Assembly: GCA_030141605.1 (NCBI GenBank)
Contig: JAQGDQ010000050.1
Span: 383,971-447,970, forward strand
Reading direction: 5' to 3'
Origin: Tubiluchus corallicola
Taxonomy: Eukaryota > Animalia > Priapulida
DNA length: 64,000 nucleotides
The notes beneath the pieces are model-generated. The model was given only the letters and a program-made list of their open reading frames with translations, was not told the DNA's origin and did no database searches. A program made the translations under genes and the position numbers. Positions within the stretch are counted from its first letter, which is position 1. Every line of letters begins with the position of its first letter. Positions 11,064 through 26,000 of the stretch are shown piece by piece.

Positions 11064-14000
11064 CTAAAATACAAAACTTGTCTTAGATATAAATGCATAA
11101 ATAATATAGAATAGATTTGGAATCAGCACTGAAATAAAGCAAACAATGAAGTTTATGAAGTTTTGGTATATGTAAATGTATCATGGTCAGGGATGAGCAT
11201 CAAACATTCGAACTTGAACAAATTTGATTCCAAAGTTTTTTCAAATTAAATTACTTTCAAACCTAAAATAATGGATTCATATAATTCAGCACTTCAATTA
11301 CATTAGAAAATTTGTTCTTCATCATTAAACGTTTGAAACATCATGCAATTAACATAATTTTGCTGCAATCTGAAAATAATTTTTAACAAATTATTATAAT
11401 TATCCCCGTAAATCGTAAATATTAATTTCGGAGGTATGTTATATATATATATATATATATATATGTAAGATTCGAGGCTACAGCTCGATGACACCATTTG
11501 CGATGATCTATATATCAAATGAAAGGTCTCGAACTAGTGTGGTCTCATTGTGGGCTCATTTCTTGAATCGGGCCCACCAGGATGAGTGAGGGCAAAAAAC
11601 CTCCAAAAATGGCCCTTTTTCAGCCATTTTTTGCAAAACTTATACCTCTTATTTCTGGAAAATGGGAATGGGCTTGGGGTGGTGCTGGCTATGGATAGAT
11701 GGTGGGTGTAGTAGGCATATTTAGAATTCGCGAAAGGGCCATGGTGTCCCGTAACGGATGTTTTCCCAGACCCCAACTCCTGATTTTTTCGAAATTTTGG
11801 CCAAACAGCCTTTAGAAAAAATGTTCTAGTGGCGCCTGGTGGAATTCTCGGAAGGAGGTATGTAGCTCTTTAGAAAAGGGAGGAACAGGGTTACACGACG
11901 GTGTGGGCTATGTTCTACGACACCTTAACCAAGAGGAGTGGCAACAAGAATTAGAGGTTCCATTTTTGGCAATTCTCACTTGGAAAACTGCTGATGCAAA
12001 GCCTTTGTTCTGACGTCATCCATTATACTCTGCCTGTAACTTTAATTCAGTAAAAGCTGCTACTGGCTTTGCGTTATAAATGAGGACAGTGTAGGATGTT
12101 TGCGTATTATTGACTATAAGTGTATTTATACCCAAATTTTTTTGCGGGGGCTTTGCTAATTGATTATTATTATTATAAAATCAAACATAATGCATGAACA
12201 CTGTGAGACGGCATTTAATTAGTAATTCAAAATTTACTTGAAATTGTTTTAATAATGGATGTGAAACCTTGAAATTTGATTCAATTGGAATTCAAAAGCC
12301 AAAAATTTGATTTGTGACGGTGTATGCTCACCCCTAATCAGAACTATTCTTCTGTTTCAATTCTTATTAACTTTATATTAGTGTTAAATTATTATAATAA
12401 ATGAATTTGATTTAATTTGATAAACTACATTCTGTTCTGTAGTAAATGGGATGGTAGGTTCGTACAAATTTATGGAAAAATGTCCAGTGTGAAAGAGCAA
12501 CTAAGCCACAAAAACACAAATGCTGGTGTACAATAAACATGAACATCAAAGAATATTGTCAACAAAAAGCAGTGAAAAATTGTTACACTAGCAAAACTGA
12601 CTTGAAATCTTCCTTAATAGTATGCACTACAGTCATCTATGTATTACAAAATATTAAGCATTAAATATCATTTCGAAAACTACGAAGCCAAAACTAACTG
12701 TTAAAATAATTATCTGTTGCCCACAGGTTAGTATTTTTTGTCTCAATCTATGCATAGCTTTATGATTTATTTTAGGCTTTGTAAAATCTTTGGTTGTGAA
12801 GAGAATTATCTTGAGAATTGTTATACATATGGGGCAGTATATAAATTTTATGTGTTATTATTATCATCATGTAAAAATATCAGAACGATATAGGCGGCCA
12901 ACAAAACTGTTTACTGATTGTACTTCTATTTTTGGCTCATCATAATGGTTGAAGGTACATGCGAAATATTAGCTAGGAAGACAATATACCTGTTAATGTT
13001 TGCGGATTCTGCTTGAACACATACATCCAGAATGCGTAATTGACGAGAAAGACTAGACAGCGAGTCGTTATTAGGTGATGTGATCATTTGCAATTCATCC
13101 AGCCTCTGCTTTGTTTCATTCAGACACGAGTTAAGATCATCTATTTTAAAATTTGTTTATTTAGCAACATGTCCAACAATCTAAATGCTTAGCAGAAGCA
13201 AAATTAACAAAATTTAGCCATTCTATGGCCAACTTAAAGAAATTATATAGCCAACGGTACTGCTGGCTTAATCAAATGAAAATAAAAGCTATATTGTGCC
13301 TGCTCGCAGGGCACATACTGCACATTATGGTAATAAATGGTGAGAAATTATTTTGTAATGTAAACATTGTTTAATAGCAGTTGAAAAATCAAGACGTTTG
13401 TCACTAACACAGATAAAAAGCTTTTAAGGTATCAATCTTAGCAAAAGATATTGTTGAAGAAGATGCTGATGCCAAAGAACCAGCTGGTGTTGTCCAAAAT
13501 GCTAAAGTTGATATTATATTGCGATGAAGATGTTGATGATAATGAAATGTTAATGCTGATAAGAATGTTGATGATAATATTCATGTTATGTTGATAAGGA
13601 TGCAGATATTGAAGAGGCTGAGATAAAGTTCAATCCTGTTAGATCAGCATTGGTCAAGCCTGTTATGCAGCTCAGGAACTAATTCTATTACATTAAAAAC
13701 AAAAAGCAGTTTTTTTAGTGTTACTTGTTTCAAAAGGTATTTATAACAGGAATTAGATTTGTGATCACTCTGCACTGAGACTAGGTCACTGGAATAAAAC
13801 AGTTTCTTCAAATTTTTTTGATTCTGTTCACATAATGCTTTTAGGACAGAAAAATTTTGCTTAAAAAATTGCAAACGTTTTTTTAATACACACAAAATTT
13901 GAAACCACACATGACATTGGTAATAGTCATAGAAAAATACTCTCAGAAATAACTAACAAACAGCAAACTTATTATAGCTTCATTTATGCAGGCAGCAAGC

Positions 14001-17000
14001 ACATGCAGCAACAAAGGCGAATAGTGTCTACAGCCTGGGAACTTATGAGACATATAAGCTATGATTGTGTGTAAATCATTTATCATCAACTTCATACACA
14101 GACTCAACATGTAAGCCTTTTTCAATCTGGAACCAGAACTTTGCTGCCAGTCAGGCTGATAATTTCAAGGAACCTAGGTGATATCACACAAGCTAATCAT
14201 TAATTGCTTTCACCACATCGCTAGGCAGCAAGCAATGGTAAGAAAAAAGTTAAGAACTGGTTAAAAGTTAAAAATTATCAAGACGTTTTAAAGCATACCC
14301 ATGTTTGCTGGAAGAGAAACATCTTTCACTGGCATATGATATAGTGTTGTCTCAAGGGATGATGACAGTTGAGTGTAATTGTCCCGGAGGCTGTCGAGCA
14401 CTGGTAATACCTTCTCTAAGCTTTCGTTCTGAATGACAAAACAGCAAGTTGTACACAATCAAGCTAAAGAGTAATAATGAAGAAAATAAAAGAATTTTGC
14501 GTTACAGCACTCTGGCAGAATTAGTAGGTCTGAAAGCAAGTTTACTTGAAGAAAGAAAGAGCCACTGCTTCAACATACGGAAGTTAACAAAACGGCTATT
14601 TTATTTTCAGTTGCTAATTATCATGGTCTCATTTCTACGTACAATGTACACCCAAATGCAGCTTTAGATAAGCCCATCTTTATGCAAGAAAAGGTTAGGA
14701 TCAATCCACCAGAAGCAATTTTCAACATCCCAAAATATTCATATACATAAAAAGATAATAAGATACGAGTTTATTGACTCATACATTGATATATCTGTCA
14801 ACTGCACAATCTGCAATATAACAATCTGACAAAAGCCAGAAAATCGTCACCTGTGTTAGTAGACGCTGGTCTAACAGCTGTATGTGCTGTAACTTGGCTT
14901 GCATTATTTCTAACTGCGCCTTGTATTTCTTTAAACATTCATTTTCTTCCCAGATACTGATCACGTCCTTCTATAGTAAATAATAAACATCTTGAAAAGT
15001 CAAAGTAATTTGTATTCGCTGTATTTTTCAACTTTTTCTGAATAGTTAACCACATTTTCACAAAAAAGTATTAATCAAATTTCGTGATACACTTGTTGTG
15101 CTTAATATATGAAATGAAAACTGAAGATTGTTTTTGCTTACTTGAAATTTGGCAAATCGCTACAGGAACTATTAAAACATATTTAATTGGAATACAGGTG
15201 CCTCACTAATGCTATTATAAACTTAAAAATAAACATTTCACCCTTGAATCCTGACATGTCGTAACGACGGAAGTTTATAAAAAAACCGCCATTGTTGGTA
15301 CTTTGATCTGCTCTACATGTAAAAATGCTCCAGGTTGTGTTTGTATTGCCACATTCACTCCAAGCCAAGTTCTTGTTTACTAAGCCAACTTCCCAGTAGG
15401 TATATTGGAAATTAACATTTCTGCAGTCTTAGTTACTCACCATAGCTTGGTCTTCTTGATTATGTATGCTTTCGGATATCATATAGTTCATATAAAGCCA
15501 TTGCACATATCTCACATATGTAATTCGTAGATGCCTCTGCTTTTCTTCCAAACTTTGACCTCTTTGCTTAAAAACAGATTGAAATGACAATTGTTAAACA
15601 TTAGACCTACAAGTTTAAAAATTAATACAATTAGTAGGGGTAAACAGTTGAATCCCAGTAAAAAGATTTCGTCTTATAATGACTCTCAGTAGTACAATGA
15701 TTTTATTATGTCCCTGCCAAACTCATAATAAAACGTTTGTAATCACTTATGCTCAATACGAAAATGGTTACTACGAAACCCCATTTCATACGATGATTTC
15801 TCAGTCATGTCAATATGAATTCAATATAAAAAATCACTTGTAATACGATTTCTGCTCTGGCCTGCCGCATCTAGATACTTCACTTGTTGCTAACAGTGAC
15901 CATAGCTTAGTTGATTGTTTTTACAAATCATTACATGTCATAACATAATGCATATATGTAACAGTATCATGGCTAGGCCTACTGTTGATTTAATCAGCCA
16001 ACTGTATAGATTTAAAAGCCACCAGTCAAATTATTACACTCACAGGACACTAACACTTTCTCCATGATAAATTGTTGTGTATTAATAAAATTTCGCTTAT
16101 ACAAAATAAGCCCTTTCCACCATATCTGATATTCGAAACCAGTACAATATCACCTCTGCTGTCTGAGGTGTCTGCCTTATCAGTTTTGATGTGCTGATTT
16201 ATATATTTTTCAAATTATCAAATTCTGAATACTAAACAGATAACTGATGGTGATGTTGTTTACTAAGATCTTTGTTTAATATAACACTGCATTATCATTA
16301 ATTTGTAAAAAGTCAACAAGAAGAGATAATATGCAAAGCTTTCAAGAAACTTGACTTCTCTGACCTCTCATGTCAATGAGTACGCCATTAAAATCTAACC
16401 ACCTTCATTAATTTAGTTGGTAAAGTCCTACAGCTTTGGCACATTTTACGATTGTCTTTCTTTCTCTTCATCATTATCGCATCATTAATGATCATTTTCT
16501 TTTCAGCCATTCTATGGCTGTGAACTTTGGTGCAGGAAAACATAAAGATAATTCAGCTAACAAAATAGGCCAGTTGTGGGAAGAAAAAACAAAAAGAAAG
16601 AAAACGAAAATGCTTTTTTGTTAATTACCTAAATGCTAAGCCTTAATAACATGTTGATTAGAAACAGTTTGCTTGCACCATATATGGAACACCAGTTTTA
16701 TCAATGTTCCTTGTATTAACAACAGCTTTAAAAAGGTAATATAGTGGGCAACCATGAATAACTTAATACAACATTTATTCTGAATTTTTGCATGACAGAA
16801 AACTCAAAAAACTCATGTCACAAAGTAATCAGCAAACTTGCTGTATGATACATATACAGAACTAGTGAAAAAGACAACTAAAGGCAAAACATACTGGCTT
16901 AAATAAACCTTTTTTCTTTGTAGATCTGTCATTTTCTTTCACACTTTCCATAGGTAAGACATTTTTAAGATCTGAAATGAATATGAATATATTAGTTTGC

Positions 17001-20000
17001 AATCTCAAAAAACATGCAAGAAAATTTCCCAAAAATGTTACTACTACTATAAAATAAGTGTCACAAATAACACTGAAAGGCTGATAAGATGCGAACAGCA
17101 TACGAAATCTTATATTTTAAGACACATATAAAAGCTGCCTCAGTCATACAATTATCGAATCAGTTAACGTAACAGGCCAGTAATAGCACGACATCAATAA
17201 TGTGAGTTATCCAGTTTAGCCTTTCCAGCAAAGGCGCACAACTCCCTTCCATTATAAACATCAACGTTTCAGAACATACAATAGTTTTATTAGCAAAAAC
17301 TTGCTCGTTTCAACAATAGATGCTTATGTAATATCCTGACTATGCAAACAGAATATAAATTCTTAACTTTTCAGGATTAGCTCTTTCTGGAACACAAACT
17401 CTGATACAAAGCATGATAAATTACAACTTGCAACTGTTTGTATTTGGAAGTAGCATTGGAAAAAATGTAAATGTAAACGAAGTGCAGATTTAACACGACA
17501 ATAACTAAATTAATTGAAAAACATACAAAAACAAATTGTGCAAATATGACATATATTATGGAATATGGTTCTTAAAATGAAAACATAAAGCAACAGCAGA
17601 CATTACATTTAAATCAGCACATCTGCTAGTATATAATTGTACTCAAAATACAGCTTATTGTCCACATGTGAACTGACTAATCGTGTACATTCAGAAACAG
17701 TTTCCACTGACATGTTATTGGAAAGTGTTAAATTTTCCTAGCAATGTTATCACTAAGAACATTTGGTGTTTGTATTTTGAATAAAGTTTTGTGCGGATAA
17801 ATTATTCCATGTATATTAGAATTCATGCACGTTTATATCTGCAAAAAATTACTTTGTCCTGTTACATCCTGTACAATAAGTGACACATCAACTGTATTTA
17901 ATAGGCCTGCAGATTTTCCAGTGGCTGGTGTAGACACAGGCTTTGTTTTATCTGAAAAAGAAATTAACAAATTAACCATCACCACCAACGCATTAATACA
18001 GATCTGCCAAACCACCAAGTTGAGCATTGCTAACGAGTCGTGAAACACAAACATTTTAGCCACTATCACGCTCGCTTCCCTATCGAATAATAAGTCTACT
18101 TGTGTTATGCATTTTATTTGACTTAGCTGATATATGAAAACCAAATCAGTGGAAATGTCACCTTAAAAGTGTCTAAACTTGGTCTAAAATTGAAGCCTTT
18201 ATGTATATTAAAAATTAGTTATGAATGTTATAACATGCAAGGCCCCCCCAAAAAATAAGCCATTTGAAAAAAATACGATGACTTCCACTGCAACCATGTC
18301 ACAAATGTATCATGATGCTCATCACAGCACATAACTGAAATTCCAAATCTGTTTTTTTGTAATAAATTATAGAATAAATTAATGACATATTTTAAGGACC
18401 ATTACAAAAAGGTATTTGTTGGTTGAATAAAAGCTTAACTGTCTTGCTAGAATCAAGTTCAGATGTGATGCTTGAATCAAATTTAGACATGTTGCTTGAA
18501 TCAAGTTTAAACATATTGTTTGAATCGAGTTTAGATATGTTACTTGAATGAAGTTTAGTCATGTTGTTTGAATCAAGTTTAGACGTGTTGTTTGACTAGA
18601 GTTTAGATGTGTTATTTAAATCGAGCTTAGAGGTTAAGTTTAAGCATCATTATAAGTACTTGTTTGAATCAAGTTCAGAAGTGATATTATGATCACAATT
18701 ATGAAAACTTTTCTTTCAATGAAACTTGGACGTTAAATTTGGAGCACTAATATAAATATTTGTTGCTGAATTCAGTTTACTTGAATTACCTTTTGCGATA
18801 GGTGTGATGTGAAAATGTGCCGAGTGCCTCGTTTTTGACGGCTGGGTTAATCTGTTTTTCATCCTGACAACTTCTCTTGTAACATTGGCATCTTTAGGAG
18901 AAATCTGGTGTTTTTCAGACTATAAAACAAATTAAGAAAAACCATTTAATAAACAACCTTCCATAACATCGCTTCATTTCTGTGTGAATTTAGTTTAAAC
19001 ATAGTTTTTTGTAATAACAAAATTACAATAAGGCTAGGACAAAACAGTTTTACAACTGATGGGCATTCTCGCTAATGAAACGTAACACTTAGAAGAGCGC
19101 AGACAATAAACTACAAACAGTAGTAACTGTAGCAGAAATGCGAGGAAATTTGCCAGTTTGCTTAAATTATTATATTTGCTTAAATTAATATAAGCACATA
19201 TTATCAGGCTGTATAAGAAGTAAAAAATTGCTGGTTGTAGCGAGTATATTTGGAAAAAACACCAGAACAAAAAATTGAATATTTCCAATAATAAAAGGTG
19301 TAATTCTTGGAATTTATTCTAAAGACTATTGTTGCGAAGTAATAAAGCAAAAAAATTGCTACAGTAACAGTATATTATGGCTACAAGCAGTATAGTGTAT
19401 ACTTAACATAATGTTGAAAATAACATTACTATGAAAAACAATTGCAATAATTGGAAGTGCTTAGTAAGTGAATTTCTCTGTGAATTTATTTACTTAAATA
19501 TTAACAGTTGTATGAAGAAGTCGATTGCTATGAAGAAGCAGATAATAGTCTATGGTTACCACTTAACCGGAGTAATATTTGGAGCACTTGTTGAAACCCA
19601 AACACTTTTTTAAATGTAATTTAAATGATGATCACACACTACTACAAATTTAAAGAAAACATTCCAGGTATCTACGGAAGAAACAAATAATGAATTGGCA
19701 AATGAAGATAAATAAAATTTGTAAAATTAACGCTATCATAGCTCAAAAACAATAAGTGCTGAAAAGTTTACATCCTAACTTAGCGTGACAGCTCTGACTC
19801 TCGGTGGCATTGTCACATAAATATCGAGGAGCTAACTGACTGATAACAGAAAGCATAAACAAAAATATTTAAACAGCATGGAAAGTAGGCCAAGACCTAC
19901 ATAGAGTATATTACCATGACTGGATCCACACACATGCACAGATTCTGGTTCCATTTAATTGAATATCCAGAGACCCTCTATCACAACCAGATCACATAAT

Positions 20001-23000
20001 ATCACCGTACATAATAGCTGGCAGTATAATACTTTTAAATAAATGTTCACATACTGACCAGGGCAGTATGTATGTACGTTGTTTCAAGATATGCAGTTTT
20101 AAATGAGCTGAAAAACTAGTTCACTAAAGTGATAGTCCCATTTTAAATTACTTGACAATTATATGATTATTATGAAGCATTTAGTAACCAAATTACTTGA
20201 AATTAATTATAATAAATACATCTTATGTTGCTTAAAGGGGAAGAAAAGGCAATTTTAAAGTACATCCCAAAAAACTTTCCACACAAAGTTACATTACTTA
20301 GCATTACGCTTACTGCATGAAAAACTTATATAACTAGAAAAGAAAATTCTTAATAATATAAAATGGTTGCGTCAGATGGTAAATGTCACGTCACCTTCCC
20401 AGTGTGCAACACTGACGCACATACACAAAAAACATATTTTTAATCTTATTGACAAGATACAGTAATTTATACTTTTGCTTAGGTGGTGAAGTACGAATGC
20501 TCTGATTATTTTTTCAAAATTTACGCCATGTTACCTAAACTTGTTTCAAATGCCTTACCATCAAAATGGTTGCACCTAACAGTCAAAGTGGGAGTTTAAA
20601 TTTACAAGTTTTATACAGCATTGCTGCTGATAAAAGCTCTGTACGCTATAAGGCAGTTGGCAGGTGATACAAAATTTCAAGATGAATTTTTTTTAGCTTT
20701 ATGTAACAGTGTAACTACAGGGTTTTCTTGTGTTTTAATGAAATTTACCGAGTGAGCGGGAAAAGGCAATCATAAAGCCAAATGTGTCATCAAATTGCCC
20801 AACTCTAAATGCAAAAAATAAAGTAGAAGCTGCTCACGAATGTATTCTCAATTAACAGACAGGACTAGGAAGAAAAAATAACCAGAACAAAGTCTGCACT
20901 CTTCTACTTTAACGTGTTAATATCGGAAAATCTTGTGCAATAATGAGTTTAGCTTAACACTAAACTATAATAAATAAATACCACTAAGTCAGTTGAGCAA
21001 TTGTTTTTTGAGGATCTAAAAATAAAAACTTCCGTTACCTTTTTGACAGTTGAGGCAGCTTGTTTATACCTTGAAGGCACAACCTTTCCTGTACGATAAA
21101 CATCAGGCAGTTACAAAAAGCACAATAACTGTGTTCAACGTGTATATAATTACTTTGCTAAAATATATTTTCTGAGAACTATGCATGCTGTAACTACAAA
21201 TTTTTTTTGACAATTTCTTGCACAAAACAGCCTGAATCTTGCAATTTGGAAAAAATATTGTGATTATTATAAGAACTGAATGTAAAATGGTTGTATGAAT
21301 GTACTTATCTAGCAACTGTAACTAGGCTGGCTGACATTAACTAACCGATTCTTCTTCCGTGCTACTTCTTCATTTCTAATTTTCAAGCAATTGGCTTCAT
21401 CACAGTTGCATGAAAGCATATAAGAAGAACCTCTCACTTTGCAACGCATTTACCATGCATTCTTTTTCGCACCTGCAAATAACTAATTCCACTAGGAGTA
21501 AAAGCATTATTCATTGCGTTAGGTGCTATTATACTGCTATAGCCCTGGCGGAGTTATTATCCAACCATTGGTAAAGGTAAAGCAAGTGTTGCTTCTTGAA
21601 CAGGTCTCCAAATGTAGCAAAGTTTGCTCTTTTAATGAGTCCTTGTGCAGAGTCCTCAATGCCTAGTTAATTATCTGTGTAGAATGAGAAATCTTCAATG
21701 AGCTGTCAGGCTAATGCCAGCTGTGGCAAAATAAACACAATACACCTACACCTACGTTGGATTCTTTTTCCTTTTCCTAGGTAATCTCATAATAACAATA
21801 ATAATAATAATAATAATAATAATACAGATTCAGGCAGAAGTAAAAGATTTATAGAAACAAACAAAACATCAACACATGTATGCTTAGTTTTCCCAGCACT
21901 TCATTCACTGTCATAGTGTCATGCTACCAAGCACATCTGGAAAAGTCACAGAGTAAAATAATTATAGATGATATATGAACAGTTTACAGCACTTAGGAAT
22001 TGAGGGACTTGAGGCTGAGCCAAGCACAATCAGCCTTAACATTTTTTTTAATTTGCTGCATTGAACGAACTTAATTATTCCCTTTAATTCCCTATAATTT
22101 ACTCCCTTTAAGGGAGTAAAAGACTATATGGTCATTCCTTTTCCCCACACTGTCAAACATTCAGCTTCATTTATTGATTACAAGCTGTAAATCATATTTA
22201 TGTGTGAAATAACGTTCTTATGTGATGTTTTAAATTTACATCAGATTGAAACGCACTAAGATACAACCACTTTGTAAAAAAAATTAATATATGTAAATTA
22301 ACATCTGCTGATATAAATTACTATTCTGCATAAGAGCACATTAGAAGTAGGGATGTTTAATAATATCCTGCAATACGATATGATATTTTTTCCAACGATA
22401 CGATAACGATAATCTGTTTTTCAAACGATACGATACAAATTATTCCGAACAAAAAAACTATAGTGTTAGTTATTGTGCAAAGAGTCTCAGTATATTGCAA
22501 CACCTTATTTTTTGCAGGTTGTTTTTCCGATTAATGTATAGATAAATGCAATCTATGACTAAGTCCTCTTCTCTATTTACTCATAAAATAATATTAATAT
22601 GTGAGCTGTGACAGATATTACATATAGATCTTTTACCATACAACATATTTATGTGAGCTGCACTGCTTGCATATAACTGGGAAAATGCCTCTAAAAATAC
22701 AGCTCTTGGCATTCGCGTGTCTCTAAACCGAGTGAAGACATCCGCTATGTACCGTAAGAACGTACAAGAAAATTATTCAAACAATCTTATGAATAACTCT
22801 TTTCTTATTTTTTGGCATAATTCTAGTGCATAAATGAAAAAAGAAAGTGAAATTATTTTATAAACGTGAGCAATAAGCAGCGATATGCACCAAATTCGAT
22901 ACGATACCATAATAACTAATTTTTCGTATTGATGCGATAATCGATAATTATCGACAGATATCATTATAGTTAACATCCCTGATTAGAAGAGCAAACTTTT

Positions 23001-26000
23001 AAATGCTTAGCTACATTTGAAGAATCAACACATGCTTTGCCAGTAGGGTATTGTTGGATAACAATTTGTCAGGCGCTCCAGCACCTCACTTGATGAATAA
23101 TGCCCATTTCCGGGTATTATACCGGAATTAGTTATTTGCAACTACAAAAAGACTGCAACGGTAAATGCAGTTGGAAACTAACAGGTTTTTATTATACCTC
23201 GTCATTCAAGTACGATAAAGTTACTTGCTCAAATATTTGAATTGAAGAAAATGAAGAAGACCCTTATAGTCGATTAATTTATGGCGGGATGGGGGCCAAT
23301 TCAATAATAAGTTAGGATTGGATGGGTGTACATGCAATTCTAATAATAATCGCAAGCAATTATCAATATTTTGGTAACTAGAGCATGCAAAGAGCATTCA
23401 CTGCTTTCTTTAACAGTTGCTATTACACAGTTGCTAAGGTAAGTAAGTATGGCATCGCTATTACAGCATCTGCTACATTTCCTATACGTTAAGATTTGTT
23501 GTCAGTTAGTACAATGGTGAAAATTGAGGTTTCCCAAACTATTTTTAAACCTAACCTTGTTATCAATGCCATTGCTAAGGTAAGCAGAAACCATGGTATG
23601 AAAATTTATGAAAATAATATTTTATATTATTGAACATAAGCTAGAAGATATTAGATGCTCACAAAAGGGTCAGTAACAATATAGTTGCTGATGCTAATGC
23701 TGTGCGGAATGGTCCTAAAATTCAACTAAATCTAAAACATTTTCCACAAGGCATATTCATAGACTGAATTTTTCTGGAATACTACACGTGTGCTTGCATA
23801 GCAAAATCGTCCATAAGTTGGCAATTAAGTTTTTCTAGTTATTCACATACCCTGAATCTTCATTTCATGAAGATCAACTTTTGATACCAAGCTCATCGCT
23901 CTACGTTATTTCTAAGCTGAGATAATTCACACTGAAGTTGAAGTGCATGCTGCACACTGAAAAATGTAAACTTGAGATAATCTCTGTTAAAGTCGGCCAT
24001 TGTTTTTTGTCGTGTCACTACAAAACACTTAGCAATCGTACGAAAGTGTGGTTGCCATGGACTTTGCAAGAGCACATTGAAGTTATGTTTAAATCCAGTA
24101 GATGGCTCTTCCTGACAAATTTTTGGGCTTGTCAATAGAAAAAACCCAAAGCAAAATGACTGCTTCCACGAGCTACTATCGGAGTTTGAGAATACAAGAT
24201 TTTTGCAATTACAGTACTAGTTTCTTGGCAGAGAAATGGGCACGGGGTTATGAAATTAAATTTTTAGTATTTTTGGACATTTTATTGATAATTTGATGCT
24301 AAAACACAAAAGTCCAATATATTTAGCATTTGTTTTCATAAAAAACAAAAAATTAACATTAGACCAAAATTGTGGTGCATTCTACTTTGAAGCATAACGT
24401 AGTTTTAATTAAACCGACTTATGGGCGGTTTTGGTCTGCAAGCACACATATAATATCCTGATTCACAAAAAGCAAAGCATCTGTGTTGCAACTGTTTACC
24501 GATCACCGTACTGCAGTTGAAAGCTGGACTTTGCTTACAGTGTGAAGAACTGTATAAAAAAACTCAGAATGCTAGAAATATTTATAGAAACGATTTAACT
24601 GAACAGGCGCATGTAAATCAACATACCTCTTTTTTTCGTTTTCATGAGTTGTACTGGTACATTTGCTCTAGAACAATGAAAAATATTCAAAAATATTAGA
24701 GCTACTTAATTTTAATAGATTTCCATACTGTAAAACGGAAACACTTACAGCCTAATTTGTTCATTTATGTCCACGTTTATTAAGGAGAATTTTCGAACCC
24801 TGAAGCACATTTTCATACATTTGTAACACAATCCTACAATTCCAAATTTATTATAATACCAAACTACATGGAATGGTAGTATTTGCAAGGGGGCATTGGT
24901 TAACTGACTAGCTTACTCAGCCAACCAATGCTATTTAAAAGTGTTGCCTACTTAGTCATCTAAAAGCATGACAATCAAAACAATCTGTAAGCCACTTTTG
25001 AAATTAAGTTGCAAAATAAATGATGGCATTTTCAGAATGCAGTTCATACAATGTAACAATAAGAGGGAACTTCGGGTTTTTCAAATATATTATAAAGTAG
25101 TTGGGAGAAAAACTTAATCCTTGACTAAATTCACACCTCCAATTGACAGGCACACTACAATGAAACTATAAGTGATCTACAATAACAATTTGAAGACTTT
25201 TAAGATATCAAATTTATTAATATATCCATAACTAAAAACTTCGATTGCTTTTCATAATCAAATGATCTTTAGACTTCGATTTGGCAAAGGCCTACAACGT
25301 GCTAATGCTTACTGCACCTGACATTAAAATAAATAATAGTTCTTATGAACGATGCAAACTTTATTGCAGAATCACAAATGGGGGACTGAAAAGCTTGGAT
25401 AATGTGCACAATGGAATCTTTAAGTATAAAAAATGATACAAAAATTAAATCTGATGAACAAAAATAGTACTCCTATACCATGGCTTAATATCACATACAT
25501 AGACAATAAAGCTAATGTGGTTGGGCTACATATACTTTCATGCACTTCAGTTAAATCCATTACTACAGCATCAGCTAAATGTGACATTTGTACGAAACAG
25601 GATTTTATTCTCTAATTTTACAAAGCCACACCTTGTTTCTTTGGTAACACTACTGCTATTGGCAGGCATTGGTTTGTGAGCAATGACTTTAGCAGGTGAA
25701 GAAATTAACTGAGTTGTAACTGGCAGTTCAGAAAAACCCAGCCGACCTTTATCACTTTGTGCCTCCACAACCATAACGTCTTTAGTTTCCTAAAGAAATG
25801 TCAAAGCTGATCTATATTTTGAATCTATTAAAAAAAACTTAGTAAAAGATCTATGAGATTAGGTTTTTTATCATTTTTTATTCGTTTTAATATGGCCTGT
25901 AAATCGCGCTCTTTAGCATTTAGCATATGCCAAAGCTTAAACTTTTTATTAAAAAATAACACTTGGCCCATTTTTAGTGAATTCATAACATTCACACGTC

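Noticed and set aside
16150-16560. Additional candidate HAUS8 mini-exons
   Set aside because: Phases do not join the flanking exons without stops, and the model is complete without them.
18447-18680. CRISPR-like appearance of short regular repeats
   Set aside because: Units are contiguous with no unique spacers, there are no cas genes, and the context is eukaryotic.
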